A stretch of 64,000 nucleotides of DNA, from assembly GCA_963810095.1 (NCBI GenBank), contig CAWEMM010000006.1, positions 384,001-448,000 on the forward strand, in the 5' to 3' direction. The stretch comes from an uncultured Chloroflexia bacterium. GTDB taxonomy: Bacteria > Chloroflexota > Anaerolineae > CG2-30-64-16. Position 1 is the stretch's first letter; every line of letters begins with the position of its first letter. Positions 19,054 through 29,004 of this stretch are shown piece after piece. The position numbers were made by a program, and so were the translations under genes. The notes under the pieces are model-generated. The model saw only the letters and a program-made list of their open reading frames with translations, searched no databases and was not told the DNA's origin.

Positions 19054-21324
19054 ATGCAGATACGAGGGCGAACAATGGCGGCGTTATTGCTCATCACCCT
19101 GTTCGCATCGTGGGCCGCGGTCGCACCCTCGCCCGCGCCCGTCTACGCAGCAGCGCCCGCGCCTGTCCAGACATGCACGGAGGTCGTCACCAACGGCGGC
19201 TTTGAGACGACCGGCGGCTGGCAGTTCGGCGCGAGCGAGGTTCCCGCGCAGGTTGTGACCTCCACGGCCCACTCGGGCACGCACTCGCTTCAACTCGGCA
19301 TCACCGGCGGGGCCAATAGCGAGAGCTACTCCTCTGCACGCCAGACCGTCACGATTCCCCCCGGCGCATCGCAGGTCACCCTGTCGTACTGGGTTTACGC
19401 CCAAGCCAACAACCCGTCGGCAGGCGACACGATGGAATTGGCGCTTTTGAGCGAGGACGGCTCGGTGGTGCTGGCCAAGCCATGGGAGTCGCACAGCGAC
19501 AACCGCGTCTGGAACCAGATGGCCTTCGACCTGAGCTCATGGCAGGGCCAGACCATCCAGCTTTACTTCAACGTCTATAACGACGGCAAGGGCGGCAAAA
19601 CCTCGATGTTCCTCGACGACGTATCGCTGACCGCTTGCCCCGTCGCCCCCACGACCGGTACACCGACGCCCACCGGCGCCCCCACGGCCACCCCGACCGC
19701 CACCTTTATCCCGGCGACTGCGACGCCAAGCCCTACGCCGGGTTGCACAGACCTGATCCGCAACGGCTCGTTCAGCAGCGGCCTGAGCGATTGGGAGACG
19801 GCCGGCGATCCCGGCAGCGTCACGCTCTCCACGGATCCTGTTTACAGCGCACCCAGCGCGCTGCGACTGGGCTCGCTGGACGTTCCGCTCAGCGGGCTGG
19901 CGACGGCACGACAAAGGGTGACCATCCCATCCAACGCGCCTGCCGTCACGCTTGACGTCTGGATCCTGACACAATCTCAGCCGGGCGCCGGCGCCGACTA
20001 CCAGGAGATAGCGCTGCTCAACGCCACGGGCGGCCTGCTCTACGTGCCCTACCGGGGCCCGGCCAACGACAACGCCTGGGTGCGCCTGCAGTTCAACCTG
20101 GCCGCGTTCGCCGGGCAAACCGTCTACCTGCGCTTTGCGGTGAACAACGATGGCGGCGACGGACGCACGGTCATGTACGTCGATGACGTCCGCTTGACGG
20201 CTTGTAGTTCCGGGATAACACCCACGGCCGCGCCGACCTGGACCTTCACGCCCGCACCCGCTCTCCCCACCTGGACCCCGGCTCCCACCTGGACGCCTGA
20301 GCCGCCGGCACCGGTCACGCCCATGGGGCCGGTCGTGCCGGTTATGCCGGCCGGCTGCGCCGAGCTGACGCAGAACGGTGGATTCGAAGCGGGGCTGGCA
20401 GGCTGGGTCCCCGGCGCCAACCCTGTCAGCCCGGCTGTCGTCACGTCGCCGGTGCTGGCGGGCGCGTACGCCGCACAGATGGGGTCACAGGTCGAAAACG
20501 CCAACAGCTACTCGTCGATCCGCCAGACGGTGACCGTGCCGGCCGGCTTCGCACGTACCTTTGTTAGCTTCTGGACCTACACCTGGGCCGAATTGCCGGC
20601 GGGCGCCGACCGGCAGCAGTTCGTCTTGCTGGGACCGGGCAACGTCGTCTGGGCGGCACCCTGGAAGGTGCTCGAGAATGGGCAGGCTTGGGAACAGCAT
20701 ATCTTCGAGCTGGTGGGGGTCGGAGGGCAGACGTTCGACCTCTATTTCGGGGTGGTCAACGACGGAACGGGCGGGCGCACGGCGCTCTACCTCGACGAAG
20801 TGCACTTGTGGGGATGTGGCGGCGACCTCTCGCCCGCGCTGACGACGAACGCCGCGCCGGCAGCGGCCGAGAGCGGGTTGATGGTCGACGTGCAGGGCAC
20901 GCCGCAGCTCCCGCAGACCGTGCCGGTACCGCAGGTCTATCCAGTGGAGACCCTGCCGGCCCTGGTCGCGCCCGAGGAAATCGCGGGCGCGGCGGCCGAA
21001 ATGGTTCCGACGGCCGAAGCCCAATGGACTGTCGTCGCAATCGGCGGCGCAGCCCAACCGCTGCAGGGTGCCGGAGTCATTTCGTCTGGCCAGGCGATAC
21101 CTGGGGGCACGCCCTTGGCAGAGATCCCGGCAGGCGCGGTCGCGGTGCCGGGCGCGCAGGCGACTGCCACGCCGATCGTTACGATCTCCACGACTCCGCA
21201 GCCTGCAAGCTTCCTGAACAACCTCACCGCGCGCTGGCCGCCGAACTGGCCGCTGATCCTGATCGGCATCATTGTCGCGGTGATTATCATTGTGCTGATC
21301 ATACGTGCCCGACAGAGGTCGTAG
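19054..21324 (+). CDS. Secreted, C-terminally membrane-anchored protein with three repeated jelly-roll (CBM4/9-like) domains
   Basis: Signal peptide; three C-x-E-(L/V)-x-x-NG-x-F...Q-T-V...NDG...(M/L)YLDDV-x-L-x-x-C type units separated by PT linkers; C-terminal TM helix plus basic tail. Confidence 0.8.
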   Translation: MQIRGRTMAALLLITLFASWAAVAPSPAPVYAAAPAPVQTCTEVVTNGGFETTGGWQFGASEVPAQVVTSTAHSGTHSLQLGITGGANSESYSSARQTVTIPPGASQVTLSYWVYAQANNPSAGDTMELALLSEDGSVVLAKPWESHSDNRVWNQMAFDLSSWQGQTIQLYFNVYNDGKGGKTSMFLDDVSLTACPVAPTTGTPTPTGAPTATPTATFIPATATPSPTPGCTDLIRNGSFSSGLSDWETAGDPGSVTLSTDPVYSAPSALRLGSLDVPLSGLATARQRVTIPSNAPAVTLDVWILTQSQPGAGADYQEIALLNATGGLLYVPYRGPANDNAWVRLQFNLAAFAGQTVYLRFAVNNDGGDGRTVMYVDDVRLTACSSGITPTAAPTWTFTPAPALPTWTPAPTWTPEPPAPVTPMGPVVPVMPAGCAELTQNGGFEAGLAGWVPGANPVSPAVVTSPVLAGAYAAQMGSQVENANSYSSIRQTVTVPAGFARTFVSFWTYTWAELPAGADRQQFVLLGPGNVVWAAPWKVLENGQAWEQHIFELVGVGGQTFDLYFGVVNDGTGGRTALYLDEVHLWGCGGDLSPALTTNAAPAAAESGLMVDVQGTPQLPQTVPVPQVYPVETLPALVAPEEIAGAAAEMVPTAEAQWTVVAIGGAAQPLQGAGVISSGQAIPGGTPLAEIPAGAVAVPGAQATATPIVTISTTPQPASFLNNLTARWPPNWPLILIGIIVAVIIIVLIIRARQRS

Positions 21325-21393
21325 GCGTGCGGCGCCGCAGGCTGCTGCACGTTCAGACACGAGCGGAGCATACCTGGGAAAGGAACGCCCCGA

Positions 21394-22521
21394 GTGGATT
21401 GGACCCTATACCGAGACGAGAGCGGGTTTGACGCGCTCAAGGACGAGTGGAACGGGCTGCTCAAGCGCAGCCGCTTTGATACGATTTTCCTGACCTGGGA
21501 GTGGCAGACAACCTGGTGGCAGCATCTTGGGCGCAGCCGCGGGCCGCTGTATATCCTGGCCGGGCGCGACGCCGGGGGCGGGGCGGGCCCGGGTCCACTT
21601 GTCGCAATCATCCCCCTCTACCTCCAGGAAGACGGCGGGCAGGTCCTCCAGGTGGTCGGCTGCATCGAGGTGTCAGACTATCTCGACCTGATCATCGAGT
21701 CGGGGCGTGAAGAAGAGATCTACCAGGACTTTCTGAAATGGCTGGCCGGCCCCGACGCGCCCCAGTGGGACAGCGTCGACCTGTGCAACCAGCCGGGCGT
21801 CTCGCTGAGCCACACCCGCCTCCCCGAGCTTGCGCTGGCCGCGGGGTGCGAGGTCGAGGTGTTCCAGGAGGACGTCTGTCCCATCATCGCGCTGCCCAGC
21901 CCCGCCGCAGGCCAGGACGGTGTGGCGGCTGCCTGGGAGGCGTATCTCGAGACGCTGGACAAGAAGGAGCGGCACGAAATTCGCCGCAAGCTGCGCCGCC
22001 TCGAACGCGAGGCGCCCGACGCCGAGGTCAGGTACGTCGACGGCACGGGCCAGAGCGCTGCCGACCTGAACGCGGCCGTCGACGCCTTCATCGGGCTGCA
22101 CCGCAACAGCCGCTCGGACAAGCATGCGTTCATGACGCCCGAGATGCAGGCGTACTTCCGGGCGATTGCCGAGGTCCTGGCCGCCCAGGGCTGGCTCCAG
22201 CTCTCGTTCCTCGAGATCGGCGGGCAGGCGGTGGCCAGCTACTTCTGCTTCGACTACGGCGACGAATCGAGGCGCGACATCCTGGTTTACAATTCCGGCT
22301 ATGATCCGGGCGGCGTGCCCCAGCTCAGCCCCGGCTGGGTGCTGCTGGGCCGCGTGATCGAGCACGCCATCCGCCTCGGCCGGCGCAACTTCGATTTTCT
22401 GCAGGGCGACGAGGATTACAAGCATCGCTTTGGCGGCGTGGACACGCCCGTGTTCCGCACGATCATCCGGCGAAAGCACCTTCGGGCGTCAGCGAATCCC
22501 GAAGATCTCGCAGGCAACTAA
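21394..22521 (+). CDS. GNAT family acetyltransferase (CelD/BcsL-like)
   Basis: FLTWEW...WW, SDYLD, RHEIRRKLRRL, YNSGYDP...LSPG, FDFLQGDEDYK. Confidence 0.88.
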   Translation: MDWTLYRDESGFDALKDEWNGLLKRSRFDTIFLTWEWQTTWWQHLGRSRGPLYILAGRDAGGGAGPGPLVAIIPLYLQEDGGQVLQVVGCIEVSDYLDLIIESGREEEIYQDFLKWLAGPDAPQWDSVDLCNQPGVSLSHTRLPELALAAGCEVEVFQEDVCPIIALPSPAAGQDGVAAAWEAYLETLDKKERHEIRRKLRRLEREAPDAEVRYVDGTGQSAADLNAAVDAFIGLHRNSRSDKHAFMTPEMQAYFRAIAEVLAAQGWLQLSFLEIGGQAVASYFCFDYGDESRRDILVYNSGYDPGGVPQLSPGWVLLGRVIEHAIRLGRRNFDFLQGDEDYKHRFGGVDTPVFRTIIRRKHLRASANPEDLAGN

Positions 22522-22522
22522 G

Positions 22523-23089
22523 ATGCGCGTCATCGCAGGTTCTGCCAAAGGCCGCACCCTCGCGGCCGTGCCCGGTGACAGCACTCGGCCGATTACCGAT
22601 CGGACGAAGGCGGCGCTCTTCAGCATCCTGACGTCGGCGGAGATGGTCGAGGGGAAGCGCTACCTCGACCTGTTCGGCGGGACCGGCGCGGTCGGCATCG
22701 AGGCGCTCAGCCGGGATGCGGCGGAAGCCGTGTTCTGCGAGCGCGATCGAAAGGCCCTCGAGACGCTCCGGCGCAATCTCGGGGACACCGGGCTCGCAGA
22801 GCACGGCAGGGTTGTCCCCGGCGACGCGTTCGCCTATCTCGCGCGCCCCGACCTCCAGCCGTTCGACGTCATCTACCTTGCGCCGCCTCAATACAAAGGG
22901 ATGTGGTTGAAGGCGCTGCAGGCGGTGGACGAGCGGCCCCAAATCCTTGCGGCGGGCGGGCTCGTGATCGTGCAAATCTTTCCCAAGGAATGGAACGAGC
23001 CCACGCTGGCGCACCTCGTGCAGATCGACCGCCGCCAGTACGGCAGCACCGCGCTGCACTTCTTCGCGGCCATGGCGAGGACCGAATAG
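22523..23089 (+). CDS. rsmD: 16S rRNA (guanine966-N2)-methyltransferase RsmD
   Basis: MRVIAGSAKG, TRPITDR, LDLFGGTGAVGIEALSR, PPQY, YG-x-T. Confidence 0.93.
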   Translation: MRVIAGSAKGRTLAAVPGDSTRPITDRTKAALFSILTSAEMVEGKRYLDLFGGTGAVGIEALSRDAAEAVFCERDRKALETLRRNLGDTGLAEHGRVVPGDAFAYLARPDLQPFDVIYLAPPQYKGMWLKALQAVDERPQILAAGGLVIVQIFPKEWNEPTLAHLVQIDRRQYGSTALHFFAAMARTE

Positions 23090-23137
23090 CACGCCCATGC
23101 AACTGATTGAACTGATCACCGCTGTCTTGCAGCGCGG

Positions 23138-24101
23138 GTGAGTGTCTATTCCCGTTTCACTGACGAGGCTCGTTCATTGATCGACCCAGAATCCCCTGCC
23201 GCCGCGACGATCACCCGGCGTCACGCCTGGTATCTCGCCGCGCGGCCGCGTACGCTGCCCGCTGCCGTGGCGCCGGTGGTGGTGGGCACGGCGTTGGCGC
23301 TCGCCGACCGGCTGTTTGATCCCTGGGCGGCGCTGGCCGCACTGCTGGCCGCGCTGCTGCTGCAAATAGCTTCCAATTTCGCCAACGACCTGGGGGATTT
23401 CGTCAAGGGCACAGACACCCCCGAGCGGGTCGGGCCGCTCCGGATGACGACCGCGGGCATCCTGTCCGCGTCCGACGTCAAGAAGGGCATCGTCGTCGTG
23501 CTCGCCCTGGCGGCCGTCTGTGGGCTCTACCTGATTCGGGTCGGCGGGTGGCCCATTCTGGCGGTGGGGTTGATCTCCATGCTGGCCGCGGTGGCGTACA
23601 CGTATGGGCCACTGCCGTTCGGCTATTTCGGGCTTAGGAGACGTGGCGACGTTCATCTTCTTTGGCTTTGTCGCCGTGGTTGGAACATACTACACGCAAG
23701 CGGCTGCGGCCGGATCGCCGGGGGCGCCGCTGCTCGTCTGGATCGCCGCCGTACCGATGGGCGCGCTCGTCACGGCAATCCTGGTCGTAAACAACGTACG
23801 GGATGCGGACACCGACCGGGCCGCAGGCAAACGAACGCTCGCGGTGGTGCTGGGGCGCCAGGGCGCGCGGGTCGAATACGTCGTCATGCTCGCCCTCGCC
23901 TACGCCGTGCCCCTCATCCTCTGGCTCGGCTTCAGCATGCGCCCCTGGGTGCTGCTGCCGTTCCTCACGCTGCCGCTGGCCGTGCGTCACGCCCGCGACC
24001 TCTGGACGGTGCTGGGCCCGCGCTTGAACAGGACGCTCGGCGGCACGGCCCAACTGGCCGTGCTGTATGCGCTGGCGTTTGCCGTCGGGCTCATTCTGTG
24101 A
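23138..24101 (+). CDS. menA: 1,4-dihydroxy-2-naphthoate polyprenyltransferase; apparent frameshift near 23635
   Basis: AARPRTLPAA, NFANDLGD, YTYGPLP then GLGDV, NNVRDADTD...GKRTLAV. Confidence 0.9.
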
Positions 24102-24110
24102 TCCTGGCCG

Positions 24111-24914
24111 TCATCCAAGCGAGGTAACGAGGCGGGCCACCGAGGCGGGAGCCGTCCACAAAACGCTCCGTAGCTGAACGCAGGCCGCCCCCATCTGCCA
24201 GCACCAGTCCACATCGCTTTCCGAGGTAATGCCGCCCGCTGCCACAATTGGGAGCCCGAGCTCGAGTGCATGGACTGCCCGCAGCGCGCGCAGCGTGAAC
24301 GGGAACGCCGCGGGTCCCCCAATACGCCCTTCGACCAACTGGCCGCCCGGAGCCGGCGCAGCGGCTTGTGGCGCCGCAGCCACGACAAGTGCATCGGCGC
24401 CCGCCCCGGCCACTCCCTCGGCGAGCGGCGCGGCCTGGGCGGCCCGCAGCTTCACGAGGACGGGCAACTGGCTCCCGCGCTTGAGGTTGGCGATCCAGTT
24501 CGCGGCCTCATGGGGCGAGGCGCCGCCGGCAGTTGCGCTTCGACGCCCGCCACCCCGACATCTTCCAGCCGTTCGGCCACGCGCAGCCAATCCTCCGGTG
24601 CGGCGCCGGAGAGCGCGACGATCACGGGCAGGCCCGAGCGCATCCCAGCGCTGCACGTCGTCGCGGAACACCCGCCGCAAGCCGGGGTTGTGGTCGCCCG
24701 TGTTCAGGATGAAACCGCCCGGTATCTCGGCGAGGCGCGGGCCGGGGTTCCCGCGGCGCGCCTGGAGCGTGAGCGGCGGGGTGACGAACGCGCCGAACCA
24801 CGCCGGCTCGACGCCGGGCGGCCATGCCTCGCCCCAGCCCACCGCACCACTGCCCAGGATGAACGGTGAGGCCAGGGGCAACCCTGTTTTGCTGTTCGGC
24901 GCAAGGTCTATCAT
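24111..24914 (-). CDS. Dihydroorotate dehydrogenase-like FMN TIM-barrel protein (degenerate active site); apparent frameshifts near 24645 and 24525
   Basis: RRGNPGPRLAE, NPG, LPVIVAL, LPVLVKL, PIVAAGGI...GAACVQ; adjacent to a PyrK-like gene. Confidence 0.75.
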   Translation of the reverse strand: MIDLAPNSKTGLPLASPFILGSGAVGWGEAWPPGVEPAWFGAFVTPPLTLQARRGNPGPRLAEIPGGFILNTGDHNPGLRRVFRDDVQRWDALGPARDRRALRRRTGGLAARGRTAGRCRGGGRRSATAGGASPHEAANWIANLKRGSQLPVLVKLRAAQAAPLAEGVAGAGADALVVAAAPQAAAPAPGGQLVEGRIGGPAAFPFTLRALRAVHALELGLPIVAAGGITSESDVDWCWQMGAACVQLRSVLWTAPASVARLVTSLG

Positions 24915-24999
24915 GCCGTTTCGTAACCACGCAGAACCGCAGAACGGCCGCGCCATGAACGAGTTCATGGGCCCCGGTTCGTTGGTGCCGGATGGTTAT

Positions 25000-25788
25000 C
25001 TACTCCCTTCCGCGTTCCACAAGGTCAACCAGGTCAAAGACGGGCCCGCGCAGGCACACCCTCCGCCGGCCTCCAGCCACATCGGCCACGCACGCCTGGC
25101 ACGCGCCCATGCCGCACAGAAAGTCACTGGGATAAATCGCCTGGGCGAAGCCAGGGGAGAGGGCATAGCGCGCCTGGCGCACCGTGTCGCCGAGCGCCAG
25201 GTATGCGTCGACGGGCAGCGCTGCGCACAGCACGTCGGCCCACGGCAGCAGGTCTGACAGCGTCGACATGAGCGGGCGCACGACGGCTGCGCGCCCGTCG
25301 CTGGTCACCAGGTGGTATTCCACCCCCGCGGGCAGCCGCGCGGCAGGCAGGGCGTCGCGCACGCTTTGTGCCCCGGCGACGAAGGTCACGGCGAGGCCCG
25401 CCGCGTCGGCCCAGGAAATCAGCGGCAGCAGGCTCCACGAATGAGGCCCTTCGCCCACGCAGAGCACGTTACGCACGCCCGGCCCGACCGAGAAGCCCAA
25501 GCCAATGGGACCAAGGCAGTCGATCTCGGCGCCCACCGGCGCGACGCGCAGCCACGCGTTGCCCCAATCCGTAGAGGGTGGGATGCGTATTGTGAACTCC
25601 TCGGCACCGAGTGCGACCGGATAGAAGGTCCGGCGGAGATAGGGCGACAGGGTCGGTCCGGGCTTCACGAGGACGGGCTGGCCGGGTGCCAGCTGCCGCG
25701 CCAGGTCGGGCGCCCGCAGCAGCAGCTCGAGGGCCGGGCCGGCGGGCCGGCGGTCGACGAGGGTGGCATTGGCCTGGATGAGTGACAT
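25000..25788 (-). CDS. pyrK: Dihydroorotate dehydrogenase electron transfer subunit (PyrK-like)
   Basis: PGQ...YLRR, GPIGLGF, CGMGACQAC...RVCLRGPVF 2Fe-2S motif. Confidence 0.8.
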   Translation of the reverse strand: MSLIQANATLVDRRPAGPALELLLRAPDLARQLAPGQPVLVKPGPTLSPYLRRTFYPVALGAEEFTIRIPPSTDWGNAWLRVAPVGAEIDCLGPIGLGFSVGPGVRNVLCVGEGPHSWSLLPLISWADAAGLAVTFVAGAQSVRDALPAARLPAGVEYHLVTSDGRAAVVRPLMSTLSDLLPWADVLCAALPVDAYLALGDTVRQARYALSPGFAQAIYPSDFLCGMGACQACVADVAGGRRRVCLRGPVFDLVDLVERGRE

Positions 25789-25794
25789 GGAGGA

Positions 25795-25823
25795 AGGATA
25801 CAGGAAAGGGGTGCGGGCGTCAA
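25795..25823 (-). promoter_or_regulatory. Sigma70-type promoter giving a leaderless pyrK mRNA
   Basis: TTGACG-17 nt-TATCCT-6 nt-ATG, with no SD sequence. Confidence 0.7.
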
Positions 25824-25881
25824 CGCGAAACGGTGAAGCGGGTGCTTTCAGTTCGAGGGCGGAACCATCGCTTGACGCGTG

Positions 25882-25914
25882 ACGTGCCCGGCACTTGGCA
25901 AGTGCCGGGCACGT
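25882..25914. repeat. Palindromic element family D (GTGCCCGGCACTT...AAGTGCCGGGCAC)
   Basis: Perfect inverted repeat; second copy at 29485. Confidence 0.75.
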
Positions 25915-25963
25915 TGACGATGCGACTCTCATCGCGGAAAGGGCGCAGGCTGATCGACTGCGC

Positions 25964-26689
25964 TTACCGGACCACCGACACCGTCACCGAGCACGGCGGG
26001 GGATAGTTCGAAGTTTGGTCCACGACCGTCACGCGGATGGTGTAGACGCCGGGCGCCAGGATGCCGGTGTTGAGCGCTCCCAAGGTGCCCTGCCAGACGG
26101 GGAACCCGCCGCCGAAGAACCACACCCAATCGGTCGGATTCGCGCCCTTCCCATACTCCAGCTTGTAGAACTTGAAGTTCTCATGCGTGGCGTTGCCCTT
26201 CACCGTCAGCCAACCGGTCACCTGCTGGTTCTGAAGCGGCGACGTGATCACGGCCCGCGGGTCCGAGCAAACGGCCGGCACGACGACGACGGGCGGCAAG
26301 ACCTGGCACGTCGGAGGCGTACACGGCGGGGGTGGCGGGGGCGGCACCGGGCAAGGCGCGGGACCAGAGCATGGCCCGGGCAAGGGAGCCGGGACCGGCT
26401 TGGGCGGCACGGGCCTGGGTGTCCAGCAGCGGGTCGGGTAGATCACCAGCACGGTGCCCACGTAGATGCGGTCGATGTTCCGGATGTTGTTCCACTGCTG
26501 CAGTTGCCAGACGGACACCCCGTAGCGCGCCGCGATGCTTCCCAGGGTATCGCCGCGAACGACGCGATGGTAGACGACCGGACAGGCTGCAACGGCCGAA
26601 CTGCTGGCAGACGCTGCCGGCACGATAAAGGCACTGAGCAGCAGCACGACTGCCAGGCAGACGAGAAAGACGTTACGCCGCGTCTTCAT
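25964..26689 (-). CDS. Secreted LysM domain protein with Pro/Cys-rich linker and C-terminal Ig-like domain
   Basis: Signal peptide; HRVVRGDTLGSIAARYGVSVWQLQQWNNIRNIDRIYVG; ITSP...YKLEYG...PGVYTIRVTVVD. Confidence 0.88.
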   Translation of the reverse strand: MKTRRNVFLVCLAVVLLLSAFIVPAASASSSAVAACPVVYHRVVRGDTLGSIAARYGVSVWQLQQWNNIRNIDRIYVGTVLVIYPTRCWTPRPVPPKPVPAPLPGPCSGPAPCPVPPPPPPPCTPPTCQVLPPVVVVPAVCSDPRAVITSPLQNQQVTGWLTVKGNATHENFKFYKLEYGKGANPTDWVWFFGGGFPVWQGTLGALNTGILAPGVYTIRVTVVDQTSNYPPPCSVTVSVVR

Positions 26690-26936
26690 GGTGACACCCC
26701 CTTCATGGAGTCGGATTTCCGTCAAATAAATGACCTATGCGATTGTAGAACACTTTTCTCAGAAACACAAGTACCAAAACGCGGGATTGACATAGCATGC
26801 GCGGGCGAACAGCCCGGTGCGCAACACGCGTCCATGCTCTGCGTATAGGTCCAATACAAAGGGACAAGGTTTAGGGACGAGGCGCCCGAAAGGCGCCTCG
26901 CCCAAACGTGACAGGCATATTTCACGGAGCTGACTC

Positions 26937-27266
26937 ATGGACATCAACATGACGACGACTGCGAGCGAACTGTACGGGTTTCGGGTGACCCGAAACTTGG
27001 GGATCGTGCGGGGTATCACGGTGCGCTCGCGCGGATTCGCCGGGCAGTTGGCCGCGGGTTTTCGGAGCATGGTCGGGGGCAAGATCCACGAGTACGTCTC
27101 GGTCTGCGAAGAGGCACGCGAGGAGGCCTTCGATCTCATGCTCCAGCATGCGGCCGAGCGTGGCGCGAACGCGGTCCTGGCCGTGCGCTACGATGCGACC
27201 GAGATGGGCGAGGCCATGACCGAAGTGCTGGCGTACGGAACCGCGGTCGTCGTCGAGAGGGTTTAG
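26937..27266 (+). CDS. ybjQ: YbjQ/UPF0145 family protein
   Basis: GIVRGITVRSR...GG-x-I-x-EY...AREEA...GANAVLAVRYD...EVLAYGTAV. Confidence 0.93.
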   Translation: MDINMTTTASELYGFRVTRNLGIVRGITVRSRGFAGQLAAGFRSMVGGKIHEYVSVCEEAREEAFDLMLQHAAERGANAVLAVRYDATEMGEAMTEVLAYGTAVVVERV

Positions 27267-27267
27267 G

Positions 27268-28597
27268 ATGACGGGCGAGCCAGAAACAGTACGGGCGGCT
27301 GTCGAAGCGCTGTACGACCGGGACGCGCAGCGCGAGTGGGAACGCGCGGAGCGCCACCGGACGGAGTTCGCCATCACGCGGCGCGCGCTCGCGCAGCACC
27401 TGCCGCCGGCCCCCGCCCGCGTTCTGGACTGCGGCGGCGGGCCGGGCCGTTACGCGATCGAACTGGCGCGGCAGGGATACGACGTGACGCTCTTCGACCT
27501 GTCCGCGGTTAACCTGGCGTTGGCCCGGGAGAAGGCCACGGAGGCAGGCGTGGCACTGTCCTTTGTGCAAGGCACTGCGCTCGATTTGTCGCGCTTCGCG
27601 TCCGCCGACTTCGACGCGGTGCTACTGATGGGTCCGCTCTACCACCTGCTGGCGGAAGCAGGAGCGCGAGGCCGCGTTGATCGAGGCGCGGCGGGTGTTG
27701 AAGCCCGGGGGACCACTGTTCGCTGCCTTCATTACCCGTTGGGCCGCCCATCGCGACGCCGCACTCAAGTACCCGACGGAACCCCTCGTCCATCCCGAAG
27801 ATTACCGTATGATCGAAGAGAGCGGGCGGCTCGCGCCACGGGACGGCGTCCGGTTCGTGGCGTACTTCGCGCGGCCCGAAGAAGTCGAGCCGCTGGTGCG
27901 CCACGCCGGACTCGAAATCGACGAGGTGCTTGGGGTCGAGGGCGTCGTCAGCGTGCTGGAGAGTGCGGCGATCAACAAGCTCGAGGGCGAAGCTTGGGAT
28001 TGGTGGCTCGAGACGAACTGGCGGGCCGCGCACGACCCGGCCCTGCTCAGTGCGGTCGAGCACCTGCTGGTCGTGGCCTGCAATCCCGCCTGGCGCACGG
28101 TCCTCGCGGGCATTGCGGCCCGACTTAACGCCGAGAACATCCCCTACACGGTCGTAGGCGGGACATGCGCAGCACTCTACGGGATGCGCGTACGCGTGAA
28201 GGACATCGACATCCAGACGACCGCTGCCGGCGCACAGCGCTTTGGCGAGCTTTTCGCCGCCAACACCGTCACCCCCGTGACGCTCAGCGACAACGGCGCC
28301 TACCGCTCGCACTTCGGCGCGTTCAGGTTCGACGGAGGCGCGGCTACGCCGGTCGACGTGGAGATCATGGGCGACCAGGAGCGCTGGCAGGAAGGGGACT
28401 GGACGGGTACAATGGCCCTGACACAGGCCCGCGTCGACCTGGATGGGACGCCGGTGAATGTGCCCTGGCTGGAGGAGGAATGGCTGGCATACGTCCGCCG
28501 AGGCAAGCTGGAGCGGGCTGCCGGACTCCTTCCCCACTGCAACCGCGAACGGCTCCTCGCACTGCTGCGGGGAGAGGTGCCGACCCAGGTCCTCTAG
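27268..28597 (+). CDS. Class I SAM methyltransferase fused to a Pol-beta-like nucleotidyltransferase domain; apparent frameshift near 27660
   Basis: VLDCGGGPGRY, FDAVLLMGPLYHL, RVLKPGG; then YTVVGGTCAALYG...KDIDI in the same frame as the methyltransferase C-terminus. Confidence 0.8.
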
Positions 28598-28651
28598 GCC
28601 GGCGCACCTGACACATGGGTGAGGCTCGTGCATGTGCAGTAAGGAGGGTGC

Positions 28652-28975
28652 ATGAACGATACAAAGAGTTCAGCCACGCCGGTCGACCAGGTTGTAACTG
28701 GCGAGCCGATCGAGGCACACGGTTACGTCGTGACGCCGGTCGCCCGCGTGCGCGGACGACTGGGGACGAGCGACACTGCGGACGGACGCGGGCGTTACGG
28801 TTGGGTGGCCATCCGCCCGGTCAAGGTCACTGCCACAGACCGCTCGGGCAACACCCAGGACGTGCGGATCGTAAACGTCGAGCAGCAGGCGCTGTCGGGT
28901 ATGGCGGCGGCCGGGATCGCCGTCGCTGCGATAACCCTGCTCATTTCGCTGCTGGCGCGCGCCCGGCGCGGGTAG
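28652..28975 (+). CDS. GerW/YtfJ-like small membrane protein
   Basis: VTGEPI...VVTPVARV...IRPV; C-terminal TM helix. Confidence 0.6.
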   Translation: MNDTKSSATPVDQVVTGEPIEAHGYVVTPVARVRGRLGTSDTADGRGRYGWVAIRPVKVTATDRSGNTQDVRIVNVEQQALSGMAAAGIAVAAITLLISLLARARRG

Positions 28976-29004
28976 ACTGCTTTTCTCAGGACTGGAGGTA
29001 AGTC

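Noticed and set aside
23138-24101. menA and other split genes as pseudogenes or programmed frameshifts
   Set aside because: No consistent slippery motif, and the indels are spread across unrelated genes, so sequencing error is more likely.
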